64,000 nt of DNA from positions 81,524 to 145,523 of the forward strand of contig CBDESZ010000003.1 of the NCBI GenBank assembly GCA_965242725.1. The letters run 5' to 3'. Numbering within the stretch: the stretch's first letter is position 1; every line of letters begins with the position of its first letter. The DNA comes from Alkalispirochaeta sp. (GTDB lineage: Bacteria; Spirochaetota; Spirochaetia; DSM-27196; Alkalispirochaetaceae). Positions 20,037 through 29,531 of this stretch are shown one piece after another. A model generated the notes under the pieces. That model was not told the origin of the DNA, did not search any database, and saw only the letters and a program-made list of their open reading frames with translations. A program made the position numbers and the translations under genes.

Positions 20037-20933
20037 CTACGCCGTGAGAGACAGCATACGGTCGGCCCGGTCAAATTGCACCGTCTCGCACAGGCGGCGC
20101 AGTCGTGAGGCCGTTCGGTGAAGATTCACATAATGACGGAACCGGTAGGAGCGCCGTATGTTTTCCACCCGCGGTTGGCCGGGATCTACCTCCCAGGGGT
20201 GCAGGTAAAATATTTGCCCCGTCCCGCGTTCAATAGCCTTCCTGAATCCCGCCGCAAAGAGGGGGGAGGGGATCAGGCGGAAATAGCCGCCGCCGCCCCA
20301 GGGAAGTTCCCGCCGTCCCACCGTGAGCGTCGCGATGGGGATTTCCGCAATGCCCGCCGCGCCGGAGACGCTCTCACCCGACGTGACGCTCCCACCCGCG
20401 CCGGAGACGTTATCCGTGACACCGGAGTCCGCCGCCGCCGTGCCGTCCTCCGCCGTAAGCGCCCCGTAGCGGTCATGACCGCTCACGGGAAAGTGGCTGG
20501 AATCGTACCGGTGTCCCGTCTCCGCGAGAATGTCCAGCGCCCAGGGGGTGATTGAAAAACTTGGCGCCCGATATCCGAGAACTTCGGTGCCGGTGATTCC
20601 TTCAAGAATATCCTTTGCCCGGACCACATCCTCCCGGAACGCCTCAGGCGTTTGGTCGTAGATGAGATAGTGACCGTATCCGTGGCTCGCAATCTCGTGT
20701 CCGGCGGACTGTATTCGCCTGATCAGCGCCGGGGAGCGCTCAGCCACCCAACCGAGGCAGAAAAAGGTTGCCCTGGTATCGGTCTCGGCAAAAATGTCGA
20801 GGAGGAGCTCCGTATTCGCCTCAACCCGGTACTCCCGATCGTTCCAGCTCTCCCGCGGGATGGCGCTCTTGAGGTTTTCCACCTGAAACCAGTCTTCCAC
20901 GTCGACGGACATGATGGATGCGGGTCGTTCCAT
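20037..20933 (-). CDS. Polysaccharide deacetylase (XrtA/PEP-CTERM-locus type, with DUF3473)
   Basis: SVDVEDWFQ, ATFFCLGWVAE, HEIASHGYGH, GYRAPSFSI, GGGGYFRL, FYLHPWEVDP; ATG 20933 overlaps the upstream TGA. Confidence 0.9.
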   Translation of the reverse strand: MERPASIMSVDVEDWFQVENLKSAIPRESWNDREYRVEANTELLLDIFAETDTRATFFCLGWVAERSPALIRRIQSAGHEIASHGYGHYLIYDQTPEAFREDVVRAKDILEGITGTEVLGYRAPSFSITPWALDILAETGHRYDSSHFPVSGHDRYGALTAEDGTAAADSGVTDNVSGAGGSVTSGESVSGAAGIAEIPIATLTVGRRELPWGGGGYFRLIPSPLFAAGFRKAIERGTGQIFYLHPWEVDPGQPRVENIRRSYRFRHYVNLHRTASRLRRLCETVQFDRADRMLSLTA

Positions 20934-21853
20934 CACCACACCCGGTATCCCCGACGCCGAAACTCCCGCGCTTCCTTCCTTGTCGGCCAGGTGTAGTAAC
21001 TTCCCTCTCCGGAGAGCGGGCGTCGCGTCGCCGTTCCCCGATACACTTCCCGAAGAAAGTCCCACAACGCCCGGGCCGAGTTTTCCTTCGTCCGCGCCAT
21101 GAGATCCTCGAGGCTCATGGACGGTTCTATCGGTGTCGCCGAGCGGAAGAGGATGTCTCCCTTGTCGAGCTCCCGTACCATCTCGTGGATCGTCAGGACC
21201 GACGCGGATTCGCCGTCAAACATCTGCCGGAAGTTGGGCAGCATTCCCCGGTATCGCGGCAGCGGGGCGTTATGAAGATTTACACAGCCGATTTTCGGTA
21301 TCGATAAAAGGGTCCGGCCGAAAATCTGGCTCGCCGATACGGAGACCACCAGATCGATCTCCTCCTCCCGCAGCCAGCGGTGAAAGGAGGGGCCGTTTGC
21401 GTTGTTCGCCACGGGAGGTCGTCCCTGCGCACCGCTTTTCCCGCCGACGGATTGTTCCGGCTCAAAGGAAAGTATCGCCACTCCCGCGTCCCGGCAGTAC
21501 TTCTCGATTCCCGACCCCGCAATCTTTGCCCATGCGTACCGGAAGAGCATTCTGATGAACCCGAGGGTTCCGTAGAGCTGCCAGACCCGCCTGGCCAGAT
21601 CAACCCGCCTCGCCGAGCCGAGAGAGGGCTGCACCATGACGCCCAGGACCTCCACGATTTCCCGGTGTGAATTCAGGTTGCCGAGAAACTCCCTGAAAAA
21701 GGTTCCGATGTAGAAGGGATCTTCCTGGGTGACGATGACAACTTTCAGCGGTCGATGATAGGGCCCGTCCCCCCAGCGGGAGGTGGGGTGATTGTCGCGG
21801 GACGTCGCCTCCTCCTCGGGACCGTCCTCCGCGGGAAGGCGCGGATTCCTCAT
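20933..21853 (-). CDS. Formyltransferase family protein (sugar N-formyltransferase candidate)
   Basis: NLHNAPLPRYRGMLP, TIHEMVRELDKGDIL, SQIF. Confidence 0.85.
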   Translation of the reverse strand: MRNPRLPAEDGPEEEATSRDNHPTSRWGDGPYHRPLKVVIVTQEDPFYIGTFFREFLGNLNSHREIVEVLGVMVQPSLGSARRVDLARRVWQLYGTLGFIRMLFRYAWAKIAGSGIEKYCRDAGVAILSFEPEQSVGGKSGAQGRPPVANNANGPSFHRWLREEEIDLVVSVSASQIFGRTLLSIPKIGCVNLHNAPLPRYRGMLPNFRQMFDGESASVLTIHEMVRELDKGDILFRSATPIEPSMSLEDLMARTKENSARALWDFLREVYRGTATRRPLSGEGSYYTWPTRKEAREFRRRGYRVW

Positions 21854-23217
21854 CGCCCCTGCCCCCCGAGTATGGTCAGTACCGTCTTGAGGGCGATCTT
21901 TATGTCCAGGACGAGGGAGATGTTCTTTACGTAATAGAGGTCGTAGGTGAGCTTCACCGCGGCGTCCTCGACACTGGCACCGTAGCGGTACTTCACCTGC
22001 GCCCAGCCGGTAAGGCCGGGACGGACGAGGTGACGCAAATGGTAATGGGGGATTTCGGCAGCCAGCTGTTGAACAAACTCGGGTCGTTCCGGTCGGGGGC
22101 CGATGATGCTCATGTCGCCGATGAGGACGTTCCAGAGCTGGGGAATCTCATCGAGGCGCGTCGCCCGAATGAATCTGCCCACCGGCGTGATGCGCGGGTC
22201 CTTTTCCGTCGCCCACTGGGCGCCGTGTTTTTCCGCGTCGATGTACATGGATCGGAACTTGTAGATTGTGTAGTGCTGGTCGTTGCGACCTACCCTGATC
22301 TGGCTGAAGAGAACGGGACCTGGGCTTGAGAGCTTCACGAGCAGGGCGGTAACCAGTCCCAGAAAGAGAACCAGCGGCGAAAACACAAGGGTCACGGTAA
22401 AATCAAAGAGACGCTTCACCAGATTGTATCCCTTGCTTGCCCCGCGATTGAAGTTTTCCAAGAACCACGACTCTCGGGTGGAGTAAATCGGAATTGATTC
22501 CAGAAAGCGTTCCCAGAAGCTGGTGAGCTGGTAAAACTGCACTCTCAGAGGTAACAGTTCGTACAGTTCTTCATAGACCGAGCTGTACCAGTTGTCGCTG
22601 ACGATGATTGTGTCGATTCGCAGCGCCTGCACATGCTCCTTGAGCTCCCCCACGGTCCGGAAGGTCTGGACGTTTCTGAAAGGCGCGCATCCGTTCATGT
22701 CGGATTCGTCGTCACAGACGATTGCGGCGACGCGGAATCCCTGTCGCTTCTGTACCTCGATCTCACGGGCAAGCTCGAGGGCGTATTTGTCGGAACCGAT
22801 GATTGCCACCGCCTTGGTGATCGCCATCGCGTCGACCACACGGGTGAAGAGAAATCGCCATCCGTAAAAGAGGGGTACGAAGGCAACGATGATGAGTGCC
22901 AGGTTCCGCCGGGGTGAGATTTCCACAACGTCGAGAAAGAGGTAAATGAAGGTGATGGCGATCGCCGTGTTTGCAGACATTGCGACGCCGAACTTGCGGT
23001 GGTTGAAGGGTGCGTTGATGTTGTACATCTCGAGGATGTAGAGCGTGACGATCCAGAGGAAGAATACGATCAGAAACGGGTAAATGTGCTGTGCAAAACG
23101 CCCGTAAAACTCATCGCCGCCGTAGCGGAAGAGGACCATGAGTGCCAGGGAGCCGACCATGACGGCGTAATCACCCGTCGCGATAAGGAATTTTATGAAA
23201 TTTCGACGCATCGTCAC
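21850..23217 (-). CDS. Undecaprenyl-phosphate sugar phosphotransferase (priming GT, WcaJ/WbaP-like)
   Basis: N-terminal TM helices; KRLFD, YKFRSM, DPRITPVGRFIRATRLDEIPQL, GDMSIIGPRPE, PGLTGWAQV; alternative start ATG 23211. Confidence 0.95.
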   Translation of the reverse strand: MTMRRNFIKFLIATGDYAVMVGSLALMVLFRYGGDEFYGRFAQHIYPFLIVFFLWIVTLYILEMYNINAPFNHRKFGVAMSANTAIAITFIYLFLDVVEISPRRNLALIIVAFVPLFYGWRFLFTRVVDAMAITKAVAIIGSDKYALELAREIEVQKRQGFRVAAIVCDDESDMNGCAPFRNVQTFRTVGELKEHVQALRIDTIIVSDNWYSSVYEELYELLPLRVQFYQLTSFWERFLESIPIYSTRESWFLENFNRGASKGYNLVKRLFDFTVTLVFSPLVLFLGLVTALLVKLSSPGPVLFSQIRVGRNDQHYTIYKFRSMYIDAEKHGAQWATEKDPRITPVGRFIRATRLDEIPQLWNVLIGDMSIIGPRPERPEFVQQLAAEIPHYHLRHLVRPGLTGWAQVKYRYGASVEDAAVKLTYDLYYVKNISLVLDIKIALKTVLTILGGQGR

Positions 23218-23330
23218 CTTGCCGTTACTCTATACAACACCGCCCTTTGCGACAACTCCCCGGCCGTCGGGCCGAGGGGGCGTCACAAAGGTTACGTGGG
23301 AGCATCGGTCCGGCGCCGTATGACGCCTCG

Positions 23331-23348
23331 CCCCCTCCCCCCCCCCCC
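23331..23348. repeat. C5-T-C12 homopolymer tract in a divergent intergenic region
   Basis: Five C (23331-35), one T (23336) and twelve C (23337-48), read directly. Confidence 0.85.
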
Positions 23349-23387
23349 GCCAGCGGCGCGGCGCCGGTAGTTTTTCCGCCGCACCAA

Positions 23388-23396
23388 TGGTATATT
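23388..23396 (+). promoter_or_regulatory. Extended -10 promoter of a probable leaderless mRNA
   Basis: TGgTATATT, 7 nt before ATG 23404, no SD. Confidence 0.6.
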
Positions 23397-23403
23397 GCGG
23401 CCC

Positions 23404-24252
23404 ATGACTGTACGTCCTGTCGGGAAATATCGCCTCCGAGGCGGCTTCCTTCCTGTTTTTACCGTGCTCTTCGTCGCTGTCGCCGCTCTGGTCCCGGTTG
23501 CGGACCTCTCCGCCCAGGTCTATGAGTATCTCGAGACCTTGCCGCCCGACGCCATGACGGAGCTTCTCGATTCACGCAGCGTCTCCCGCACCCACACCGA
23601 TGCGCGGGAGGTGGAGCTCGCTCCCTCCTTTCCCGATATTCGCGACGCCGTGCGCGAGCTCCGCTCCACCGGCAGTAACATCGTTTCGGAACGGCTGATC
23701 CTCGTGGACGGCCCCATCGAAGACGAAGGTCTGTTGAATGTGTTTAACGCCCTCCTCGCGGTACGTGAGCTTTCCTATCTGGAGTACTACAACCCTCTCA
23801 AGGAGCGGTGGAACGAGCTCTTTTATGAATCCTATCGTGTGGCCGACGAAGAAGATCTCGCGCCGTTGCCGGACATACAGGTTGATTCGATTCCGGCGTC
23901 CGTGGTGATTCCCGTGCTGCAGGAGCTTCCTCCCTTCGGTGAGGTCCTGCAGACCTACCGGTACGAGTCGTTTGACTACGACGGTGTCGACGGTTTTTCC
24001 TTTTCCAGTGAAAATGAGTGGGACATACGCTATCGGCGTATTCGCGTCGTCAAGCCGGAGGAGATGGTCACCTACGGGTGGGTTATTCGCGGCGAGGACT
24101 ATCTTCTCGTATACGGAATAGGCGCCGCAAAGGTCTTTACCGGATTCGGCCTCTTCCGGGATCGAATCGAGAACAGTTTTACCTCCCGTACGGACGGACT
24201 CTTTGACTGGCTGAAGCAAAACCACCTCGATCCGCTCTCTTCAACGTATTGA
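23404..24252 (+). CDS. Exported protein, DUF6675-like
   Basis: Signal peptide ending LSA-Q; LSYLEYY...LFYESY and ENSFTSRTDGLFDW resemble spirochaete DUF6675 proteins from memory. Confidence 0.55.
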   Translation: MTVRPVGKYRLRGGFLPVFTVLFVAVAALVPVADLSAQVYEYLETLPPDAMTELLDSRSVSRTHTDAREVELAPSFPDIRDAVRELRSTGSNIVSERLILVDGPIEDEGLLNVFNALLAVRELSYLEYYNPLKERWNELFYESYRVADEEDLAPLPDIQVDSIPASVVIPVLQELPPFGEVLQTYRYESFDYDGVDGFSFSSENEWDIRYRRIRVVKPEEMVTYGWVIRGEDYLLVYGIGAAKVFTGFGLFRDRIENSFTSRTDGLFDWLKQNHLDPLSSTY

Positions 24253-24380
24253 GAAGATTGTTGATCCACGGCGGTAATTACCGCCGCCGAAACGACTTTG
24301 CAGGACTGATTCATCTTTTGGCGCGAAGTTCTTGTCCGACCGGGACTTACAGCGCGATATCAACATTCTTGTGAATACTT
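24244..24380. mobile_element. MITE-like non-autonomous element related to the IS at 46903-48187
   Basis: 24360-24382 tcaacattcttgtgaatacttca is 22/23 identical to 48167-48189; 24244-24264 is a 17/21 inverted copy of it. Confidence 0.6.
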
Positions 24381-24407
24381 CAAAGCGTATGATACTCTCT
24401 CGGCACC

Positions 24408-26333
24408 ATGTCACGGTTCACCTTCGCCGCACTTCTTGTCATCGGCACCATTCTATTGCCCCCGGCGGCGGACGCTCAGGCGACTATTTCAGGTGGTCCG
24501 GGGACTCCTGGCGGTCCGGGCGCCGGAAACGCCCAGAAGCTTTTCGCCCTCCGTTCCGCGGAATATGAAGCGCTACGGACACTCTATATAGAACAGGGTA
24601 TCGCTCTCCCTTTCAGCTCCGGCCCCCTTCAGTGAAGCGGAACTGCGGCTCGCCATGGACCGCCTCGACACCGGGCGGATGTCTCCTGCCGGCCGAAACA
24701 CCTTTGAATGGCTTCGTGAACGTCTCGTCGCCCAGTCCGTTGCAGGCGATCCCATCTACGCCGAAGAAGGAGGCCGCTTCACATTTGATGCGGGGGCGGA
24801 GTTCTCCTTTGAGAGCTACCTTCACACCGACGGCGACAACCGCTACTGGAATTACCGCTGGGAGGATCGAAAGCCCTTTGCCCGCTTCCCCCTGGAAGGG
24901 TGGGTCGGCTCATTCGGCTACGCAGTCTCGGATCTCGCCTTCATCAAGAATATTCCCGACTTTGCCCTCTACCCCACCTCAAGCAGGGAAGGGCGGTACG
25001 GCTTCAACTCCGACGGCGACTTTGAACTTGATACCCTCGAGGAAGATCCCTGGACCAACTGGCCCGTCGTACCCAGCGCGCTGGACATCCAGTTTCCCCA
25101 TCGCGCCCTCATTTCCGTCGGCGGCGAGCGCTGGAACGCCTCCCTCGGTCGTGACCAGATCGACTGGGGCAACGGCCGTTCCGGCAACCTCTACATTTCG
25201 GACTACGTGGAGTGGTACGACAGCCTCCAGTTTTCAACCTTCTGGGACAATTTCAAGTTTTCCTGGATGTGGGTGAGCCTGGATGGAACGCTTGTCGACG
25301 GCGAGCGGGAGTTTGAGGAACTGTTGGTGGACGACGACGGCACGCCCGTCTACACCTACGTCCCCGAAGAGGAGCACAAGAATCTCATCTCCCAGCGCTT
25401 CGAAGTCCGTCTCTGGGACCGCCTGGGCCTCGCCTACACGATGGGGATCGTCTTCGGTCGGGAGCGGGTGGAGCTGCGCCATCTCAACCCCGTCTACGAC
25501 TATCACAACCTCTATACCAACTCCCAGTGGGTGGGGAACGCCCACCGGAGCTACGAGTTTGATCTGGCCGTTGCGCCGGGAATCAACCTGTACGGCGCCA
25601 TCGCCCCCGACCAGTGGACCAGTCCCCTGGAGCCCGAGACCGATCTCGCCGAGGAGCCCAACGCCTATATCGCCCTTGCCGGGGGTGGATACGCGCTTTG
25701 CCGCGGGCAACGGGTTTTCTCGAATCCACCGTGGAAGGGGTGTACGCCACGCCGTGGATGGGGATTCACAACCACCCCCTGACCAGTCTCACCACCCGGC
25801 GCTTTGTTATGGCTCACCACTCGGAAGGTTCTAAGCAGCTCTACTACGACAAGCCTATCGGTCACTACGGAGGAAATGACTTCACCCTTCTGTGGCTGGA
25901 CAGTACGTACCGCGTTCCCGGCCGCTACCACTTCGGGGTGACGGCGTTCTGGGAGGGGAACGGTTCGGTCCCCCAGACGGAGCTCCTGGAGAGCAAGATC
26001 AACAAAGATCTCCGTCCCGATCCGATCGACGAAGATGAGGCGACCATGGCCGCCCCGTCGTCGGGATACGTCACCTGGGATGGAGAAGAGTGGGTCGCCA
26101 TGTGGACGACGGCGGTCACCCTCCACGGGGAGTTCTATCCCCGGGGAATCGGTCGCTTCAACGCTCCTGCGTCAGGCAGCGTTCCGGGTCCCCCAGGCCC
26201 CGGCGCCTCGCCGGGACGGACTCTCTCCATCGGCAGCGAACTCACGGCGCAATGGACCAAAAACCGCTTCAATCTGCCCTCACCGTGGGCTTTCGACCTG
26301 CAATGGGTCGTCTCAACGACGATCACCTACTGA
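24408..26333 (+). CDS. Wzi-like exported beta-barrel protein, interrupted by three +1 frameshifts
   Basis: Signal peptide MSRFTFAALLVIGTILLPPAADA; SLGRDQIDWGNGRSGNLYISD typical of Wzi-like barrels; ends STTITY; removing one base each at C5 24623-27, G5 25681-85 and T4 25715-18 gives one ORF. Confidence 0.65.
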
Positions 26334-26384
26334 TCCCCGGCGGTGCTACACGAATATACAGCCATAGTCGCCCCACCTCCATGG

Positions 26385-26393
26385 TGGTATATT
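26385..26393 (+). promoter_or_regulatory. Extended -10 promoter for leaderless mlaE
   Basis: TGgTATATT, 6 nt before in-frame GTG 26400. Confidence 0.6.
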
Positions 26394-26399
26394 TTCATC

Positions 26400-27220
26400 G
26401 TGGCCGATGATAGAAATCGGAAAACGTGGCGGATACCTCTCTTTTCTCACATATTGGATAGAACCGTTCTCTTTTTCGAAAATGTCGGCAACTTTTCACT
26501 CTTCTTCGGCCGGGTGGTGGTGTCGATGTTTCGGCGGCCCTATCGGTTCAAGCAGTTCATTGAGCAGTTTGAACGCATCGGTTCCCAGTCCGTCGGAATC
26601 ATCGCCCTTTCCAGCCTCGCCATCGGTATGATCTTCACCCTCCAGATAATCACCCTCATGTCGAATTTTCAAGCGGAGATCATGGTCGGTGCCGCCGTGG
26701 GAATGACCCTCGCCCGGGAGCTGGCACCGGTGATTACGGCTCTCATGCTGATCGCCAAGAATGGTTCGGCAATGACTGCGGAAATCGGTACGATGAAGGT
26801 CAACGAGCAGCTCGATGCACTGGAGACGATGTCGGTGGATCCCGTGCACTACCTTGTAGTGCCCCGCGTTCTGGCGAGTATCTTTGCCTTTCCCGTACTG
26901 ACGGCAATGGCCAACGTTGTCGGTCTTGCGGAAGCTATGTGGTTGCCGTCTTTATTCGAAATGTAGACCCCGGCGGCTTCATCGACCAGCTCTTCCGGTA
27001 TGTGGACCCCGACGACGTCTTTTCCGGCCTCATCAAGGCCGCCGTCATGGGGCTCATGATGGCGTCCATCTGTTCCTACTTCGGATTCAATACCAATCGG
27101 GGATCAAAGGGCGTGGGTGAGGCGGCGACGACCGCGGTGGTCACCTCGTCGGTTGGAATCCTCGTTGCCGACTACATCATGGCTGATCTCATGCTCAAGG
27201 TCTTCTATCGCATAGGATGA
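26400..27220 (+). CDS. mlaE: MlaE-family ABC permease, -1 frameshift near 26930
   Basis: RELAPVITALM, GSAMTAEIGTMKVNEQLDALETMSVDP, VVPR; after the shift GSKGVGEAATTAVV; adding one G restores GLAGSYVVAV. Confidence 0.9.
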
Positions 27221-27979
27221 GGGTCATGAATGATATTGTCGTGGTGGAAGGACTGAAGAAGCGTTTCAACTCAAACGTCGTACTTGACGGGGTGGATATG
27301 TCCTTTCCGGAGGGGAAAATCACCTCGATTATCGGTCAGAGCGGTACGGGGAAGAGCGTTCTCATAAAACACGTTATCGGTATCATGACCCCCGATGCGG
27401 GTACCGTCTATTACCGGGGGGGAAAACATATTTCGCGCGTCCAAGAGCCGACAACGGGAAATCAGACAGAAATTCGGTTATCTCTTTCAGAACTCCGCTC
27501 TTTTCGACTCTCTCACGGTGGAGGAGAATATCGCCTTTCCCCTCGTGGAATCTCTGGGTATACGGGACAAACGCAAGATTCAGCGGACGGTGACGGAAAA
27601 GCTTGAGTGGATCGGTCTGCCGGAGGTGCGGAAGGTCTATCCGGCGGAACTCTCCGGGGGAATGCGCAAACGAGTGGGGCTCGCCCGCACCCTGGCGATG
27701 CAGCCGGAGGTGCTCCTTTTTGACGAGCCGACGACCGGGCTCGATCCCGTCCTCGCCGAGAGCATCAACGATCTCATCGTGAAGGTGAACGGAGAGTTCG
27801 ACATTACCTGCATTCTCATCACCCACGACATACAGGCGACCTTCCGTATATCCGATTACATAGGATTCCTGTATGATGGCAAAATAGCGGCCAAGGGGAC
27901 GCCGGCGGAGGTGGTGAAATCGGAACATCCGATTCTGAAACGGTTTATTTCCAACTCGTTCAACGAGCTTGAGGTGTAG
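27217..27979 (+). CDS. mlaF: MlaF-family ABC ATPase, +1 frameshift at G7 27416-27422
   Basis: GQSGTGKS; after the shift [41 protein letters not shown]. Confidence 0.9.
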
Positions 27980-29493
27980 TGGTGAGTCGATTCCTGAAAA
28001 TCGGACTGTTTGTATCCATTACGACCGTTCTCTTTTTTGCCTACGTCATGCGTACCGCCGAAGAGGTGAACCGTGGCGGTGAGACCTATACCGTCCACGC
28101 CTACATGGATGACGCAAGCGGGCTCGTCATCGACTCGGCGGTGAACCTCGCGGGGGTGCGGGTTGGACGGCTTACGGAGATCGAACTTGACGAGAACCGC
28201 GCGCGACTCACCCTGGAACTCCGGGAGGACGTCCAGCTCTCCGAGGACGCGATCGTTTCCAAAGCAACTTCCAGTATGCTCGGTACGGCTACCGTCTCCA
28301 TCACTCCCGGCAACGGCCAGGGCGCCATGCTTCGGGACGGTGACGTGGTCCGGAATGTCCGCCAGCAGGCGGCGCTGTCGGACGTGATGGTCAGTGCAAA
28401 TGAACTCGCCGCCGACGCGTCGCAGTTCATAACGGAAATAAACCGCTACCTCTCCGAGGAAGGGACGCTGGAAACCCTTGATGAAATTGTGAATATCGTC
28501 AGGGAGACAACCGTTTCCACAAGCGCCCTCATCGAGGAAAATCTCCTCCTTGTACGGGCCTCGATGCGGAATTTTGAGGAGTTCACCGGCAGGGTCAACC
28601 GCGATTCGGTTCAGCAGGTCCGGACCCTGCAGGAGGTGCTGGACAATACCGCCCGCCTCACCGCCCGCCTCGATACCCTTGTCGGTGACAACGATGAAGT
28701 TCTGACCCGCAGCATCCAGGGCATTGAGGAAAGCCTCGCGGAACTGCGGGGCGTTCTTGCGTCCGTTCAGGTATCAGCTGACAACGTGGCGAGCGTCACC
28801 ACCCTCGTCAGGGACGGGGAGGGTACGGTGGGACGTCTCCTCACCGACGATGAGCTCTATACGCGTGTCGACCGTATCGCCGGCAAGGCGGAGGAGTTCA
28901 TCGACTCCACCATCGGCCTGGATGTTCAGGTCGGTTTTCAAAGCGACTACCTCATTCAGCAGCAGAGCGCCCGCACCTCCTTCGACCTTCGCCTCACCCC
29001 CGGCAACCGGGACAAATACTACTCCCTCGGTGTCACCAGTACCCCCGTGCCGTGGGTTGATGAACGGCGGACGAGGACGGAATCAACAACCGTCGGCGGC
29101 GCCACCACGACGATTATCGAGGACGAAGTTGTCCGCAGCGACGAACTCAAGTTCAACGCCCAGCTCGCCCGCACATGGGGACCCGTAACGGTCCGGGGCG
29201 GCGTCATCGAGAGCACCGGCGGTGTCGGAGTGGACGTACGGCCCATAGATCAGATTGCGGTGACCGCGGAGGCCTTCGATTTCGGTGCAGAGAACGGCAT
29301 ATACCTCCGCAGCAGCGGCACGATCTACCCCTTTTACGATCCTGAAAGCAACAATCCCCTGCGGTGGATTTACATAAACGGCGGCATTGACGACATCATG
29401 GGGGTCTACGAGCGGGACTTCTTTGTCGGAGCGGGTGTGCGCTTTACCGATCGGGATATACGCGGTCTCGTCGGTTTCATACCGGTCAACTGA
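27979..29493 (+). CDS. mlaD: MCE/MlaD protein with a long helical stalk and C-terminal beta-rich domain
   Basis: N-terminal TM anchor, DASGL...V.LAGVRVGR MCE motif, helical middle, GEGTVGRLLTDDELY, then amphipathic beta strands. Confidence 0.85.
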   Translation: MVSRFLKIGLFVSITTVLFFAYVMRTAEEVNRGGETYTVHAYMDDASGLVIDSAVNLAGVRVGRLTEIELDENRARLTLELREDVQLSEDAIVSKATSSMLGTATVSITPGNGQGAMLRDGDVVRNVRQQAALSDVMVSANELAADASQFITEINRYLSEEGTLETLDEIVNIVRETTVSTSALIEENLLLVRASMRNFEEFTGRVNRDSVQQVRTLQEVLDNTARLTARLDTLVGDNDEVLTRSIQGIEESLAELRGVLASVQVSADNVASVTTLVRDGEGTVGRLLTDDELYTRVDRIAGKAEEFIDSTIGLDVQVGFQSDYLIQQQSARTSFDLRLTPGNRDKYYSLGVTSTPVPWVDERRTRTESTTVGGATTTIIEDEVVRSDELKFNAQLARTWGPVTVRGGVIESTGGVGVDVRPIDQIAVTAEAFDFGAENGIYLRSSGTIYPFYDPESNNPLRWIYINGGIDDIMGVYERDFFVGAGVRFTDRDIRGLVGFIPVN

Positions 29494-29531
29494 GTTCGCT
29501 GTTCTCCCGAAAGGCGCTTCCGTCGGCGGCC

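Noticed and set aside
24408..27979. Calling the Wzi-like gene, mlaE and mlaF pseudogenes or programmed frameshifts
   Set aside because: No in-frame stops or decay, all breaks are single bases in homopolymers, and no canonical slippery heptamer with a stimulator is seen; sequencing error is more parsimonious
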